Positions 25,086 to 36,900 of a stretch of 64,000 nt of DNA are shown piece after piece. Every line of letters begins with the position of its first letter. The stretch's first letter is position 1. Below the pieces are notes generated by a model. The model did not search any database and was not told where the DNA came from. It saw only the letters and a program-made list of their open reading frames with translations. The position numbers and the translations under genes are program-made. The stretch is taken from NCBI GenBank assembly GCA_964036045.1, contig OZ038379.1, positions 41,664,001-41,728,000 on the forward strand, read 5' to 3'. This stretch comes from Eutreptiella sp. 'Long Island Sound 2002' (lineage: Eukaryota > Protista > Euglenida).

Positions 25086-26049
25086 CTACTGCTTGGAGCC
25101 AAGTCTGCCATAGACAAAAACCCAAGCTGTGTGTGTCTGTTTGACCGGGGATAAATACCACCACTGCTGCCCCCCCTCTGGAAGTTCAAATTTATTTACC
25201 GCCATCTATGACCTTTTTCAAGGCCCTGTCACGGGAGCCAACGAGGGGGGGGTCTGGGAAAGGGGCTCCAACGACCCCCCCCCCCCCTCGCAAGTCAATT
25301 TTTCCCTACCCCTTGAAAATTCCGACTTTATTTTCTTGCTTCAAAGTTTGCGCACACCGTTTGGCCTGTCAAGTACCATCCCAGACAAAGCGCACCGCCG
25401 GGCCCCTTTTGAGCTTAGGTACAAGCAACCGGCCCAAGGTGGCAATTTCACACATTTTTACGAGTAGTATGCAGGCAAACTAAGCCACCCGCGACCTGTT
25501 GGTGCCGCAGTACGTATTAGCCTTGATCATGCTTAGGGAGATGGCCCGGGATTGCACCAGGGTCCATCGTAGTCCCGGACTAGTTAGCAACCCTAGCATA
25601 TGATGCATTTTGCACTGGTGCTCATCGTTGTTTAGATTGCGAATACGGATGGCCACATACCACCCTCCCAAGATGGTGCTTGATGCAGTCAACCTTCTTA
25701 GGTGTGTGCTGGGGTTGTGATGTTGCAGCGATAACAACAACCTATTTCGCGTGATGTGCTCCATTGTACGGAGCCCAAACGAGCCACTCTATTGTGTTGA
25801 GCTTCGGGAAGTAGTGCATTGTTGTGCCCGTGGCATTGTTTTTTAGGGAGCGGTACTGCGTGGCGGTGAACCGTGGTCACAATCAACGAAAGCACGCCTT
25901 GATGTCATGCTTCCACGTGTGCCGTCTCCTAAGAGGCGGAAGGGGGCGCATGATTGCCCCGATGGGTAGATCAGCAACATGCTTCCACTACATGCATTCC
26001 CTATATTAGATGCAGAGATCCACAAGCAAGGCAACAAAGAGTCATACGT

Positions 26050-26900
26050 GGTCGGCACCATGGACACGCATGCCGGAATGGCAATTAGTGGCCTGCCTCT
26101 TTGGCTGATGTTGTATGTGTGTCAGCCACGTCACACTCTCATGTGTTGGGCGCATAATACCCAAAAGCAATCGAAGGGTCCCAAAAGGATAAATGCCCTC
26201 GGAGAACTAGTTGATCTCCGCACCGAAGATGGGAATGCAGGTGACAACTGCTGCGGAGGGCATCGCTTTGAGACGTGGTACGTAAGACGGCCGGGGCCAC
26301 GCTTTGGGGTTTAGGATTTGCACGAGTGGTGCAATGGTTGTCGATGTAACTAACAAGCATTGGTTGCGATGTTGCAAGTGAGGCTCTGCGTCATGAAAGA
26401 GGCGCTTGTATTGGTCAAGCCACTTTACAAATCATCTTGCTGCTTGCAGGGGTCACAATTCGACAACGTGGCGACCCGCAGCGCGGGCGTGTTGCCCGCG
26501 GCAATTGCGCGAACGAAGTAGGCAATTGCGAACCACAATGTGGCATTGTCACCGGGTAACGATTTGAAACTCCAGATGCAATCTTCTGGCAACATCCTTG
26601 TCCGTGCCAGTGTGCTAAGCACCATGATCTTGGCCATAGCGTGTGGTACAATGTGTTTGCCATGTACCATGCAACATCGGGGGTTGCCGCATCCCGTGGA
26701 GCTCAAGGCATGCTTAGCGCCCCTAATGTGCGCCCTCCTAAGTGGACGGTGTTGCCTACTGTGCTTGTTGCAGCTGGTATTGGCTCGCCTAAGCAGACAA
26801 AGCTCCAAGCATGGCTTCAACACCATGAAAGCCAACACCCATGCCAATAATACTCTTTGCAATCCCCACTACTATTGTCTTTGTATTGGTTCGTAGTTTT
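26050..26900 (+). pseudogene. Heavily decayed LINE reverse transcriptase remnant
   Basis: INALGELVDLRT (post-YxDD helix pattern) and HRGLPHPVE (GGLGLP-like thumb motif). Fragmented. Confidence 0.33.
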
Positions 26901-27899
26901 TTCCCCTGGGCTGATGGAATAGATGAACCCAGGGGCTACTATCAACGAGCACTAGCTACAAGTTTGGACTGCTCTGTGTGGTTGTCACTTCCTCCAACCC
27001 ACGCCTACTCCCAACTGTCATGTGCCGTACTAGAGGACATGTGCCACATTGCACAACAGTGCCACGGGCCACACAGTTGTTGGTTGTGCACATCGCCGGC
27101 TCACGTCACGCACAGTTTGCCGCTCTTCATGGTTCACCTGTGACGCCACAAATCGTTGAATTTGCACGTTTTGATTTCGATAGTGCAACTTTGCGTGCCT
27201 CACCGATGCTTCCAAAACGCATTGGCCAATTTCAAGACCTTTTGAATGGAACACATACCGTTTTAACGAACTCCAACTCTGGTAACAGGTTGCTAGTGGC
27301 AGTCCTTGCGTTTTTGGGGAGATGGATTTTTGGAGAGTGTTCTCCATAAACTTGCCGTGTACACCGTTGTGTAGCACGATGCAACCCATGGTGCCCCAAA
27401 TTGCCATGCGTTGTGAGGTGCTGCCAAGGAAGGGTGTGCCAGGAACCACCCCGCCCCAAACAAATGAGGTGTTGCTGCGTGGCTAAAGTAGCGGACCACA
27501 ATTATGGGGACGGTTTATGGTGTCAAAATAGGTGTATAGGAAATATCACGAGCCCGGCGGGGGGGGGATAAGGGGATCAACTTTGTTAGGGGAGGAACCC
27601 CCCTAGGAACCCCTTCCTAAACCTTTTCTAGACCCTTCCTAGTCCCCTTCCTGCCCACGAACCCATCCCTTCTTGCCCAGAACCCCCCTTCCTATGACCC
27701 CTCCTGTGCATGTAAGGTGTTTGTGGTTGCACCATGTCGTGATGTCCTTTCTCCACTGGTTGGGTCAAGGCCGTCACAGGCCCCGCTGACACACGTGGGT
27801 GCTCCCATCCCCATCGCCAGGCCTTCCACAACACCGTCGCCCCCAATGCTACCGCCGTGACTTAGCCACCCGGCACCACCATTGGCCGGATGCGCATCA

Positions 27900-28613
27900 C
27901 CAAGTCTGTCCCCCGCGACCGGGACCCTTGCGTGCTATCCAACCTCATCTCGGAGACTGTGCGCTCAACGCCTTACGCATGTGTCGCACTCCCAAGGACT
28001 ATGGGTCCCTTGTTGATTTCCTGGCCATCCGCATGCCTAGCAACCATGACTACATCCACAACCACTACATAGCCGCCCATCCGGTGGATGCCGCCCCCCC
28101 AACAGCGTGCACTTCGCCTCCACCAAACCCCATCCCGCCACCTTCAACAAGGAGGTTCGACACAAGGACGCGGCCAAAAGGAAGTTGTTCCTCTTCGATC
28201 CCCGGCCATCCAGGGAGGAGATCCTCCCCATCTACTCTCTCCCCTCGTGTTTCCAACGGGAATGGGATGGGGACGAGCCAGTGTGGACGGTCCCCAGCGC
28301 GTACGCCGCCCAGGGCGTGCTTGCCCTATCTGTGACCACCACACCGCCGTCCGTCGCCCATGAGGATCGAAGTTTGGAGGTTGCAGCATGATTCCCCGTG
28401 AACACCGAGTGTACCCAACTTTCTACAGTGCAACACCTCCTGCAGCGCAACGTTTGCACGGAGGACGCCCACAAAGAGGCTTTGCGTATCGCACATCAAC
28501 GTTGGGCCCGCATCTTGAATCACAACCACGCCGCTGCTGGTCGAACCGAGGATCCACCGGACCGTAAGATGGTGCGGGGGATTACGGGTTTTCATGCTGA
28601 CCTCCCCTTGTAG
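27900..28613 (+). pseudogene. Possible LINE RNase H / C-terminal remnant
   Basis: HNHYIAAHP and FNKEVRHKDAAK resemble the RNase H H.kaH and N..vD..AK motifs. Frameshifted. Confidence 0.28.
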
Positions 28614-31274
28614 GTCCACAATGACATTGACAGGTGGTTGGAGAAGTACCGTAGGCGGCAAGAACAGGGTCAAATGGGTGGGTGATCGCACATCAAGAAG
28701 GAGCCTGGCACAAAGCAAAGCACCTACCTGACGCAACCATTTGAGCCACGGGAGTGCATTCCGCCAGATCAAGCAGAGCGGGTAGAGCGGGCACCGGTGC
28801 CGAAGCGTCCGGGTGTAGCGGCCAGGGCTGTGGAGTCTGTGTGAAGCATGGAGTGCACAATAGCCCCATTCGTGGTTCTCAGGATGCCTTGGATGCAACT
28901 GCCTTGGTTTCTCAATTGGCACCTGAGCTGAAGGATGTGCCGCGGTCAACAATGTGAGACATTGTACCGGATGTTGTTGAGAAAGCCATGGCCTGGGGCA
29001 GCAAGACGCGGGCAGAGCAGGCCTTGGAACAAGTAAACAAGAAGGAGCGGGGAGCAAGGGAGATCGTCCTGCAGCAGAAGGCAACTATTATTGGAGTGCG
29101 AGCACAAGTGGTTGAATTGCGAGAGCGGTTGAAGGCTATAGAGGAAGAGGGCAAGCCAGCAGTTGCAAACAAGGTGAGGTCAGAGGCTCTTTTGCAAGAG
29201 AAGTCTTCAGAGTGTGACGAGGTATTGAGCATCCTCAACCGGACGTATGGCCCGGCTAGTAGCCCCGCCAAATAAGCAGCATCACCACCATTGGAGATGA
29301 GGCGTCGTAATGCCGGGGGACACTTGAAAAGCGAGCTGTGTCCCGTTGGTTGTAGTGCAGGTGTGTTGTGACCAGGCCACTCCCCAGAGTAGCACGCATT
29401 TTGCATGTACATATTCGGCAATGCGCCGCGGTTCGCAAAAGGACAAGTTTCTTTGGTTTTGACGCTAGTGCTTCCGGGTATCGCCGTGCACAGGGTGCGA
29501 AAGGTGGGGTCACGAGTGGGTGGCTCCACGTTGCCTACCCCTTGCGGACACCACCGTGATTTGCATCCTACGCGCTGGCATGCATTCATGATGGGGGTCA
29601 CTATGTTGCAAGAATCCAAAATTTCGTGTGATTGTTGTGGCTGATAACTATTATCTTTGTGACGTAAGTCAAGTGGACGGGAGGGGTGGAAACATTTAAC
29701 ATTGGTGCCCCTTTACAACAGAAGTCGAGGATCCTAATGATGGGTTTTGCACAGAGCATCCCACAGCCTCTTCAAATGCCCCGCCGTTCGGTACCCCATA
29801 CCTAGAAGCCATCCACAGCCCTTCAAATGAACATGGTGTGTTGCGACCAGTATGAAACACTCAGGTCGCAATCATGCCATGTGCATTAGCCCCCTGGTAT
29901 GTAATGTGCTGTTTTTTAAGGTGCGTTTGTGAACTATTGTATCCCACATGCATTTCGAACAAATGGCTTACTAGGTGTAAACTTCGGGAGGTAGGGTTCC
30001 CCCAAAAGCATGCCACATTCATTGACTCGCTTCAAAAACATGTCATTTACGCATTTCGTGCACCACTCGGTACCCTCCTCCCCAGTTTGCTTGAAACAAC
30101 TCCCCCCCCCCACCCCCCCCACCCTTTTTTTTCTAAGAATTGGCACACTGGCCTTTCTCTGACACTTGTCGACACTTCTGCCCGTGGATTAGGCCAATTA
30201 AATTTTCCCCAAACCATGTGCCATGGCGCATTGTTTTGGGAAGCACTGCATAATAGTGTGTAGTGTGTCCAGCGGCGGCCATAAGAATGCACCCTGCACA
30301 TTCTTTTGGAAAATCTTGCCACCAATTGTCTACGTAGACGATTCCCCAATGGTGCACCACATCTTACTCCCGTGCTAACCATTCGGTGCCCTGTTGTGCG
30401 GGTATTCGGCGGCGAAGTGTAACGTGATGCAACATGATAGTCTCTTGAGTTTCATTTCAACCTATGAGGTTTTGCTCATTTCTCTGTGCAAAGCAAATGA
30501 AGTATCAGTAACCCACAACTACATGCAAGCAAGCAAGGCATACACGGGGGCACGAGTAGTGAGAGTACCTACGAATGGTATTGTTGTTGCATGGTGTACA
30601 AATACACATAGTGACTACATGGTGTCTTACACCCCTCGTTGAGGAAAGAGCCACATCTCATCTTTTTGGCGATTTTTTACCAGTGGTGGCACCAAAGAAT
30701 GCGCCATGGCTCAACCATTTTGTTTCTCCGTTTGAACAAGGGTCTTAGTATGTATTCAGTTTTGTTGTTTGGGTGTTCTCCGGGGCATTGTAGTTTGATG
30801 CCAAAATTCAGGAGAGTCCTTTTTCTTTGTTGCCAGAATGAGATTTGGCACATTACCTTCCGCAAGCCCCTTGGTGAACAGGAAGTACACACCCCATAGC
30901 CAAAAGGGCAGGGTAGGGATGTTCAATCTAGGGGGCTAGCGGGCTGGGGAAGGGCAATCTAGGGTAGGGCAGACTAGGGCTTGGCAAGGTAGGGCATGGC
31001 TGGTCTAGGTATGGCAAAGCAGGGCAATAAGGTTCAAGCACACAGAAACGAGTAAGGCATGCCCTTGGTACACGCTAGAAGACCCAATCTCGTTCTAGCC
31101 TAGAACACTCTAGCCTACATGTTCTAGCCTAGATTAGATCAATACTAGAACGATATAATGTCTACCCAGATGTGCCAATTTCTTCATTGTTACGCCGTGC
31201 ATGCTTGCTATTGTCCGTAGTGCATTGTTCCATGGTTCCTTCTTTCCCACTTAGATATTACACATTTCTTTGCA

Positions 31275-32870
31275 ATGAAACGCCCCGCCGCTTCCCCCTT
31301 TGCTCCCTCCTCAACCGGGAAGGACACTTCCCTCTTGTCTAAGGCACTACGGGAGTTGAGTGGGGCATCTAACCTCAAGGATGAGCGGGTGGGCCATTAT
31401 TTGGCCACGTGGGCGCTATCATGCCCCCTAGCACGGCGGCAATTCAACAATACCGTCCAATATGTCAACTCCGCCACTTCTAGCCATACCACGGGTGAGG
31501 CATGCAAGGCCGCCGTTGAGGCATACGCCGCCTCCTTTCTCCCCACCACCCGCCATGTGTGAACTAGTGCTCAACATGAGGGCACCCAAGTCCTCGTGGA
31601 GGACCCCCTTGGAGCTCTACACCCTCCGTAAGTTGGAGTATCACCGCACCGTCCCTAGTGGCCCCTACTCCCGTCCAATTTGTACCGAGCGGGCTTTCCC
31701 AGCCCGTTGGAAGGAGTTGGTCGCCCAGGTGCAATTGAATGACCCCGTTGCCACGGTGTTGCCCAAGGCCACCGGGATCTCATGGCCCTTCGCCTCATGG
31801 GTCACATACATCCTCTCCTGGCCGGGCTTGGTGCGGTCAATCAACCGCACCTTCCCGTTGACGTTCATCGTCCGGGGAGATGCCTACCCCGTGGCCGGGG
31901 GCAATTGGACCCAACTCACCATCTCCTTGGCCAACTTCGAGCGCTTGGCCCGTTGCGCGGCGGGCCTCTGGGTGTTGAGCATGGCCAATTGCGATGACAA
32001 GGCCATGGACACCCTTGGGACGTTGTGGAAGAGCAATTGGGAGGTACTCCTCTCACCTAGTGCCTTTTGCCTGTTCTAGTTTTGATCTAGTTGGCCTCGA
32101 ACACCGTTCGCTAGACGCTAGATTGGACTAGACTAGAACGAAATTAACCACCCCCCATGTCTCGTGTTTAGGTGATTCAAGATATCATCGACACGGGGCT
32201 GGTCCAATGCGGGGCCTCCACGGAGGAGGCGAAGGTGATCCTCGGGGGGGATCAACCGTGGACGCAAAGGGTGATCGGGGTGTCCACATGCCCCCAAGTG
32301 GGCTCCATGTTCAATGAGCGGATATGGAATGCCCAAGCGAAGACTTGGGAGGGTAGTGCTATCCCGCGGACCATGGAGGGTGATGACGCCAACTACACGG
32401 CTTTCCTCCTTGGGACGCCTTCCTTGCAAGCCGCCGGCTGCAGTACACATCGCATTTTGAAATTGCCACGTGCCTGGGTCGTCTTGTGCATTTTGCACTT
32501 GACAATGGCCATGGGCCGCTTGTTGGGGGAGTTTGTCGACTGGGAGGCTAGGTCGGTCACCCCTGCGCTCCGTCAAGACCTGCAAGTTATCCTGTCGGAG
32601 AGGCGTGCACGTTGGAGCGTTTATGGGTTGGCTTCCCCTGGACGGGGAAGAGACGGCCAATTCTTTTGACGCATGGCCGGATATTGCTAAGTGCCTCGGC
32701 ATTAGGCCGAGCACGGCCAAGTACAAGGCCATCGCGCACATGTGGGACCTGCTGCAGGCCCTCTATTGTACATATCAGGGCCCTAACCCATTGAATTGTG
32801 CTGCCCTGGGCCGCGATTTCCGGCACTACTGTACTGTCCAATCTGGACCTCTCGGTGTTGGAGGGTTTGG
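31275..32870 (+). pseudogene. Spliced Transib/RAG1-like DDE transposase (one intron, frameshifts near 31550 and 32640)
   Basis: FIVRGDAYP, ILGGDQPWTQRVIGV, VLCILHLTMAMGRLL and (D)GEETAN occur in the order of the RAG1/Transib D...D...LH motifs. ORF 31462 joins ORF 32172 in frame across a GT-AG intron (WE|VIQ). Confidence 0.58.
32044..32171 (+). other. 128-nt GT-AG intron with internal CTAG-rich inverted repeat
   Basis: GAG|GTACTCC...TGTTTAG|GTG, phase 0, restores the reading frame. Arms GTTCTAGT (32073) and ACTAGAAC (32132). A homolog lies at 38935-39029. Confidence 0.75.
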
Positions 32871-33194
32871 GTAGGTGGGGAGCGGGGAGGAGTGCGGGCG
32901 GCATGGACCCGCAGCGCAAGGGTTGGGTGAGGGTGCAGGACCGGGCGGGGGAGACCAGCAGCAACAGCAACAGCAGCACCAGCGGGGGGAGGACACCCCC
33001 CCCCCAAGGCCCCCAAACCCCCCCCCAAGCCCCCCAAGAAAAAAACGCCGCCACTTCGAGAGTAGCGACGAAGACCCCCCCCCCCCAAGCCAAGCAGAGC
33101 AAGCCCAAGGCCAAGGCCAAGCCCAAGCCCAAGGCCAAGCCCTAGGCCAAGGCCAAGGGTAAAGCCCCCCCCCCCAAAACCCCAAGGCCGCCCC

Positions 33195-33698
33195 TTGCAA
33201 GATAGGGGCCGGGACCCCTATGGGAATGTGCCGGGTTTTGGGGACACCCGGTATGTCCCTTGGAGGGAGGGGGGCAATGGGGGGACCGTCAGCCAAGTGA
33301 CGGTGTTGGGGGATTGGGATGAGGAGTTGGACCCGGGGGAGTGGTGGGTGGTGTCGCAGGGGTCCAATGGGGAGGGGGTGGGGGGGAAGAAGGGGAAGAA
33401 GGGGAAGAAGAGGAAGCAGGAGAAAGAGGGGGGCACCTTCCGGGTGCCGGGAGAGCTTCCCTTCCGCACCCGGGAGGAGGCGGAGGCCCACCTCCGGGAG
33501 GCCTTGGGGGCCGGGGACGAGGGGGACGACGGGGATCACGAGGGGGAGGAGGGTGGTGACAAGGGGGAGGGGGGTGACAAGGGGGGTGAGGTGGGGGGTG
33601 ACGAGGGGGGTGAGAAGGAAGGGGACACAGGGGGTAGGAAGGGGGGTGCCGGGAGCAAGGATGAGCCCCGGCAACCCCCCACCACGCAGGAAGGGTAA
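33195..33698 (+). CDS. Acidic/Gly-rich ORF of element B, unknown function
   Basis: RGRDPYGNVPGFGDTRYVP...W is homologous to RGKDPYGEIPYGGESRRVP...W at ~58930-59080, so the peptide is conserved between two copies. Confidence 0.4.
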   Translation: MQDRGRDPYGNVPGFGDTRYVPWREGGNGGTVSQVTVLGDWDEELDPGEWWVVSQGSNGEGVGGKKGKKGKKRKQEKEGGTFRVPGELPFRTREEAEAHLREALGAGDEGDDGDHEGEEGGDKGEGGDKGGEVGGDEGGEKEGDTGGRKGGAGSKDEPRQPPTTQEG

Positions 33699-33877
33699 CC
33701 TGCGTGTCGCGACTCGCGAATGGGGGCCTTCGGGGGCAAGGGGGCTAATCGGGCTAACCGGGCTAATCGGGCTAACCCACCACCAAGTGACACGGTGCCG
33801 GCCCGCCAAGAGACCTTCCAAGTGACCTATGGGGTGCGGTGGGGGGCTAACCGGGCTAACCGGGGGGTGGGGGGGGA

Positions 33878-33958
33878 GGAACCCGGCGCTCCGTGAGTCG
33901 GGTGCAGCATGGGTACCCTCTGATTGGCCACGGCTGGCCATGGTAGCCGGGGCAGCTT
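33878..33958. promoter_or_regulatory. Dispersed ~80-bp promoter-like module, copy 3 (inside element B)
   Basis: Homolog of 892-972, preceded by GGGCTAA(T/C)C 9-mers (33741-33778, 33844-33862). Confidence 0.45.
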
Positions 33959-36900
33959 CTCTTTGAGGAGTGGCGGAGCATCTATATATATTTTTCTAGC
34001 GGCGTTCTAGCGAACCGTTCTAGCGACGCTCGCTAGAACGTCGCTAGACCGCCGCTAGAACGAAAATTTTTGGACTCCAAAATCAGGTGAAAACAATGAA
34101 ATTGTGAAAAGTAAAAAGTATGGGCCCACGAGTATGGATAGGGTGGTCCAGGTTCGACACCTCATCCCCCCCCTCCTGCGGGGGGGGGGGGGGCATCCCC
34201 CTCTTTTTTCCTTCTAGCCGCTCTAGCCAGTTCTAGGCTAGAACGAGATTAGGTATTCTAGCGTGTGCCAAGGGTGGTAGCGCAAAGCTAGCAGAGCACC
34301 ACAAGACATGGGAGAGTAGAGCAGAGAAGGGCAATGTAGGGCGGAGTAGGGCAAGGCATGGCCGAGTAGGGAATGGCAGGACAGTGCTTGAGGGCCAAGC
34401 ACATACACAAACCCAAAACGCACCATTGCGTCGAAGCTTCCAAAACTCTCCGTGTCCAAGAAGACCATCCGCCTTTTGAAGAGGGCATTGAGGAACACCA
34501 CCGACATGACATCCCTATACATGCATACGTGCTACGGCGGGGTTGAAAAGTGCCATGTTGTCCAAAGTAGGATCCATGGTTCATTGTTTCGGCGGTATTC
34601 ACAAATACCGCGTTGTCTTTCTTGATTCGCCGAAAGAAACGAGCCATGGCTCCTTGTTTCATATCAATCTGCAAACAACACGTTTTGTTTCTGGGTTTGG
34701 CCCAAATAATCTGCCTTGGCTCGTTCTTACGGCACAACTTCTTGTGGATTAGCCACATGTAGCCTCGTTGGTAGGTCTAAGAGTGCGATTACGCCGTTTA
34801 ATGTCTGCATGGCCACCAAGGCTCAGTACGTTCTCTGATATGTGGGTGTGTTTGTGCTCTTCACAGTACGTTAATTCTAGGTTCGGCCACACGAATGGGC
34901 CATGGATCAATCATGTTCCCGCTTTCAGCTTTCCAACGATTGTGTACATCATGCCACCGCACTATGGTTTTGGTTTACAATCATGTAGTGTTGCTGCGGT
35001 GTTTGGCCTGCATGTAATGATCTGCCACTATCAAAAATATGAGTGCCCACATCGTTAAAATGAAAACAGAAAAGGAAATAATCACGGTACAGGGATTCAG
35101 ACCTGCTGAAAAAATATTTTCTCTTTGCACAACCATGCATTTGTGAGGCATCAAGGGGAACGGGTATATCAACCTCGAGCGAGGGGGGTACAAGTGAGTT
35201 TACAAATGTTTACAAGTTTACAAGTGAGTTTAGTTTGGAGGGGGAGGCCGGGGGGGGGGGCAAAAAAAAGCATGTCCCCGAAAGTTTGCTTTCCAAGATT
35301 ACTCTCTTTTTATGCAGTGTGACCAAAACAAAGAAAAGGTGGTGTAAATTCACGAAATCTTTTGTCGCGGAATGGGAAACCAAGGTCAATCAGAAAGTTG
35401 CACATCAAAGATTTTGGACAGCATGCACCCATTGTATGCATTTTTAGCGTTTTTTTTGTCTTTACTTTTGTAGTGCCCTTTTGACATAGATGACATCACA
35501 AAAGAAATCAATGTTGTTATTGTTTTTCGATGGTGATGTATGCTATCTCAACAATATGTCACCAACACGTGCATTCATGGTATACATACATAAGAGCAGC
35601 TTCTGTCCGGCATGTACAATAGGTGGTCTACACAACATAAGCGGGCGTGCATTGCAGCAGGGCTATCTAAGTGGGGTAGGAGCAGCGGAGCAACACACCA
35701 AGGAGCCATCCACGTATCCCCAGGCATAGGCACACACGTTGCAGCTGGCAGCATGGAGAAAGATGTGGGGTACACAAGGTCTTCAAGGCCGTTAGCGTGG
35801 GAGGACACCAGATGGGGCAACACGCCTTGGCCTAAAGGGAGGGCTATTTTTCGGGGATGTGCAACATGTACAGTTGCCACTGTGCTCTGCTTGGGCACCG
35901 GAAGCGCCTTGGGCCTTGCAACCTTTTGAGACCAAACATCGCATAAGCCAAGTTGCTTTGGGTGTAGTACACGTGCCACCATGGGGGATAAAGATGCCAC
36001 CACTCGGCTGCACCATGTGAGCGCCGAGATGTGGGTTGGGGAGGGCTCTACACCACATAGGCCCAGAACCAATGAAAGGCACCGTTTGTGGGATTGTGGC
36101 CTACCAACATCGCGAGCTCCAATCCAAGGTGGCACGGTCCGTGGCTTATGAGGGGTGGCTGGCAACGACGTGTCGTTGGCCAATTTTTTTATTTACGCAG
36201 GGACATGCTTTCCTGAGGGCTATTTCTCATATACCATGTGTGAGCGGATTGTCTTTGTGCCCAAGGCTACAAAGTTGGTCTCACAGCGCGCACCACGTTG
36301 GAATGATAGGCAAATCGACAATAATCTCAATGGGCAATTTGTAGAGGTGGTTGAGGCAAGGCTGTGTTGGCCGCCCAGCAAACCCGATGTCAACCATATG
36401 CAAGTGGTTCCGTACATAGCCCAGGGCGTATCATAGCGTTTAAACTTGTAGGCTTATCCCAAGTTACTAGTTCTGCCGTGTGCGTATGGCACACGTAGTG
36501 CATTGTGAAGGCTGTGCTGCAACACGCGCGCTCCCAACCCTCGGTGGCTTTCCCTACATAAGCAATGTATGGTGTCTATAGTAGAGTGCAGGGTGGAGGG
36601 AACAGCGTGGTGAGGCTTGAACAATGGGCGAAAGTACCCCGGGCCTCCAGGAGCTGGGAAAAACTATCCACGTCTCCTGTGCTCGCATGGTAGAGGCCTG
36701 AACCCTGTATGCCTACTCTCAACCCGCTTCACGTTACCTCCGTGATGACATGTTCAATTATGCAGCCACTAGGTGCACAAATAACTCACCCCAAGTTCGG
36801 CATACCGCCAATATTTCACCATTTTATGCACCTCTTCGCTGTCTATTGTCTGTTTTGCCCAATGACTTAGCTGGTCTCTCTACAATGCTCTGATTGTATT

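Larger units (their letters stand above)
31062..34274. mobile_element. Element B: 3.2-kb TIR element carrying a Transib/RAG1-like transposase
   Basis: ~45-bp inverted repeat CCCTTGG(T/C)ACACGCTAGAA.ACC.AATCTCGTTCTAGCCTAGAAC at 31062-31106 and 34230-34274 (about 3 mismatches). Subterminal CTAG-rich repeats. No clean TSD. Confidence 0.72.

Noticed and set aside
32587-33941. Long overlapping ORFs (up to 371 aa) on both strands
   Set aside because: They arise from GC-rich low-complexity sequence lacking stops. Only the 33195 peptide has an independent homolog.
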